Shown here one piece after another: positions 24,301 to 26,064 of a stretch of DNA of 26,064 bases. The stretch spans positions 3,566,520 through 3,592,583 of the forward strand of contig NW_003526941.1 in the NCBI RefSeq assembly GCF_000181795.1. The letters run 5' to 3'. How positions within the stretch are numbered: the first letter of the stretch is position 1; each line of letters starts with the position of its first letter. The position numbers and the translations under genes are program-made. The notes under the pieces are model-generated. The model saw only the letters and a list, made by a program, of their open reading frames with translations. It had not been told where the DNA came from and made no database searches. Origin of the DNA: Trichinella spiralis. Taxonomy: Eukaryota.

Positions 24301-24560
24301 CGAACTCAAAAATCCAGTTCCACATTTCATGATCACTCAAAGGGGCTGATACATGGTGAGGACTCTCAAGGTATAAACTTTTGCATAGAAGCATACATTG
24401 AACTAAATATGGAAAATAGTTATAAAAATTGAAATTCATTACTCTCAAAAAGAGATGATGTAGAAATCACACACAACAGTGTGGGTAGAAAATCAGCAAA
24501 ACCTAAATATAACTTACCTTCTGTTCATAGGAGATATTGAATACTAGACTTGAACAAACC
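21340..24560 (-). pseudogene. Decayed multi-exon gene relic, possibly with fibronectin type III repeats
   Basis: Dense minus-strand GTAAG donors (cttac on +) paired with polypyrimidine-AG acceptors. Exon-sized pieces translate to FN3-like fragments (ILNDLKLNTIYMC about 23561-23520; HSTFSIINFTWK about 23030-22995; YNFYYMVKNNHTDGFG*LSAIPLRT about 22370-22295), but with in-frame stops and no consistent phase chain. Confidence 0.35.
21644..22134. repeat. Direct tandem duplication with a period of about 250 bp (21644-21863 and 21895-22134)
   Basis: Shared blocks tctaaaacataagagcgttaataa, acttacttgaca and tgtcaaatttaggacttacctgtgactc.agaataagcatgctcggcaaagta. Confidence 0.9.
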
Positions 24561-26064
24561 GCATTACTCATAGCTGTCGCATTGTCATACTCATTTACTG
24601 ACCAATAGGATAGCATCCAGTAAAATTAGTAAATTGGCGGCATTGCCTTTGGTGCAAAAACTTTATTTCCATTCGAAAGTGGGACAATGAGACAAGTATA
24701 ATTGAAAACTTGTCAAATGAGGAATGTTATTACGTTTCTATTGAAATTTCAAATCACATTACATAATATGCATAAATTAACTTTGAGGAATGGTTAAAAA
24801 TTCATAGATGATCAAGACCATACACGTCACCATGATTCTAATTTAAAAAATACGTGCATACTGTTACTCAGTTTGAAGCAATTATTACAGACTAACAGAG
24901 AGCTAATACCTAATAGAAAGCTAACAACCGTCAAACTTTACGCTGTTGCATGAAAGAGTATAGTCAAAATACTTCAAAAAATGTTCAATCATGATATGAT
25001 ATCAATGGGAACAATAGGAAAGGAAATAGAATTTGCGCGCTAAATAAAAACACATATATATACATTTGATTTACATTCATACGAAAATTTTCGATAATTT
25101 CCGTATAGTAAAATTGCTGATTCCAATAGCATTTATACCTGACTTTCATTTTTGTAATACAGAATGCTTCAAATTGAAAAAATTCAAATTACGCAATATG
25201 ATTGATTGCACACAATATAGACATGAGAATTAATTAAAATGAACAAAACGAATTTTACTTTTCATGTAGTATTGCATTATTTCCTTCTATAAATGACACC
25301 GCTACTATCAAGCAATTTTGCCAAGTATCTCATTAAATAATCAATTGCGTAACATTGAGAGTATTTTTAATTAACAATTGTACAATACTGTTTCTGAAAA
25401 TGAAGAAAGATTTTAATAATACATTGTAATTCCCTAGAGGCAGGACTATCGCTTTGCTGCGCTTAGGAGTAGTTATGTCAACAAATTAGAATAAATGTGA
25501 AGCGAGTGCGCATTACTTTTTCTTAAATTGTTAATTTGTTTTATTTTCAACCATTGATATTGATAACTTTGACAAAATACAATATTTCAAGCTTATTTGC
25601 ATACGCGTCATTTCATTATGGTGAACTAACCGAAAACTGAATCAAACAGCCACATTGTTGGTACCGTTGAGATGCTCAATGAATAATTAAGATCGTGAAC
25701 AGCATAAATATCAATGAAATGATCGTTTTTTCATTTAGTCAAACATATTCCAAGTCATACGATAGACACTCAGGTATTAATAAGTATTGGCAGTCACAGC
25801 TGGAAAAATTCCAATCTAATGGTGGAATAAATGAGATACTCTCATAGGAAAATAATAAATAGAAGATTTTGTGCACACTTCAAGCTGTCCCGAAACAACT
25901 TTTCAAAATTTATTCCAAATGGACGGAAAATGAAGAAAAATCGACTTGCCCAAAACAAAGAAATATTGCACAAAACGGTGCAATTTCAACGAATACCTCA
26001 CTAAAGTGACGAAAATGCTTCCATTACTAAAATTCAAGCATCTTGGTTCCGTTTCTAGAGAGTA

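Overview
AT-rich, intron-dense eukaryotic DNA. Short GT-AG introns and a Kunitz plus WR1/lustrin-Cys protein point to a nematode; a clade I genome such as Trichinella is my inference, not something proven here. The window holds: (1) the 3' part of an unidentified + strand gene (1-1671); (2) a complete 4-exon minus-strand gene for a secreted coiled-coil plus fibrinogen-domain protein resembling Drosophila Scabrous (4340-2178, about 624 aa); (3) a 24-exon minus-strand gene for a secreted protein of about 1292 aa with 8 canonical Kunitz domains, 1 atypical Kunitz domain and 2 WR1/lustrin modules (11288-5259); (4) a fold-back palindrome of about 2.7 kb centred on a (TA)n tract, which mirrors the 5' end of that gene and decays into an N gap, so it is probably an assembly artefact; (5) a gene-poor right half with a + strand array of decayed exon-intron repeats (one carrying a micro-inversion), a 500-bp GCCNNNGGC/A-tract minisatellite, and a decayed minus-strand multi-exon relic with FN3-like fragments. 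I see no prokaryotic-type system and no firmly supported new biological system. Gene models were spliced and translated by hand.
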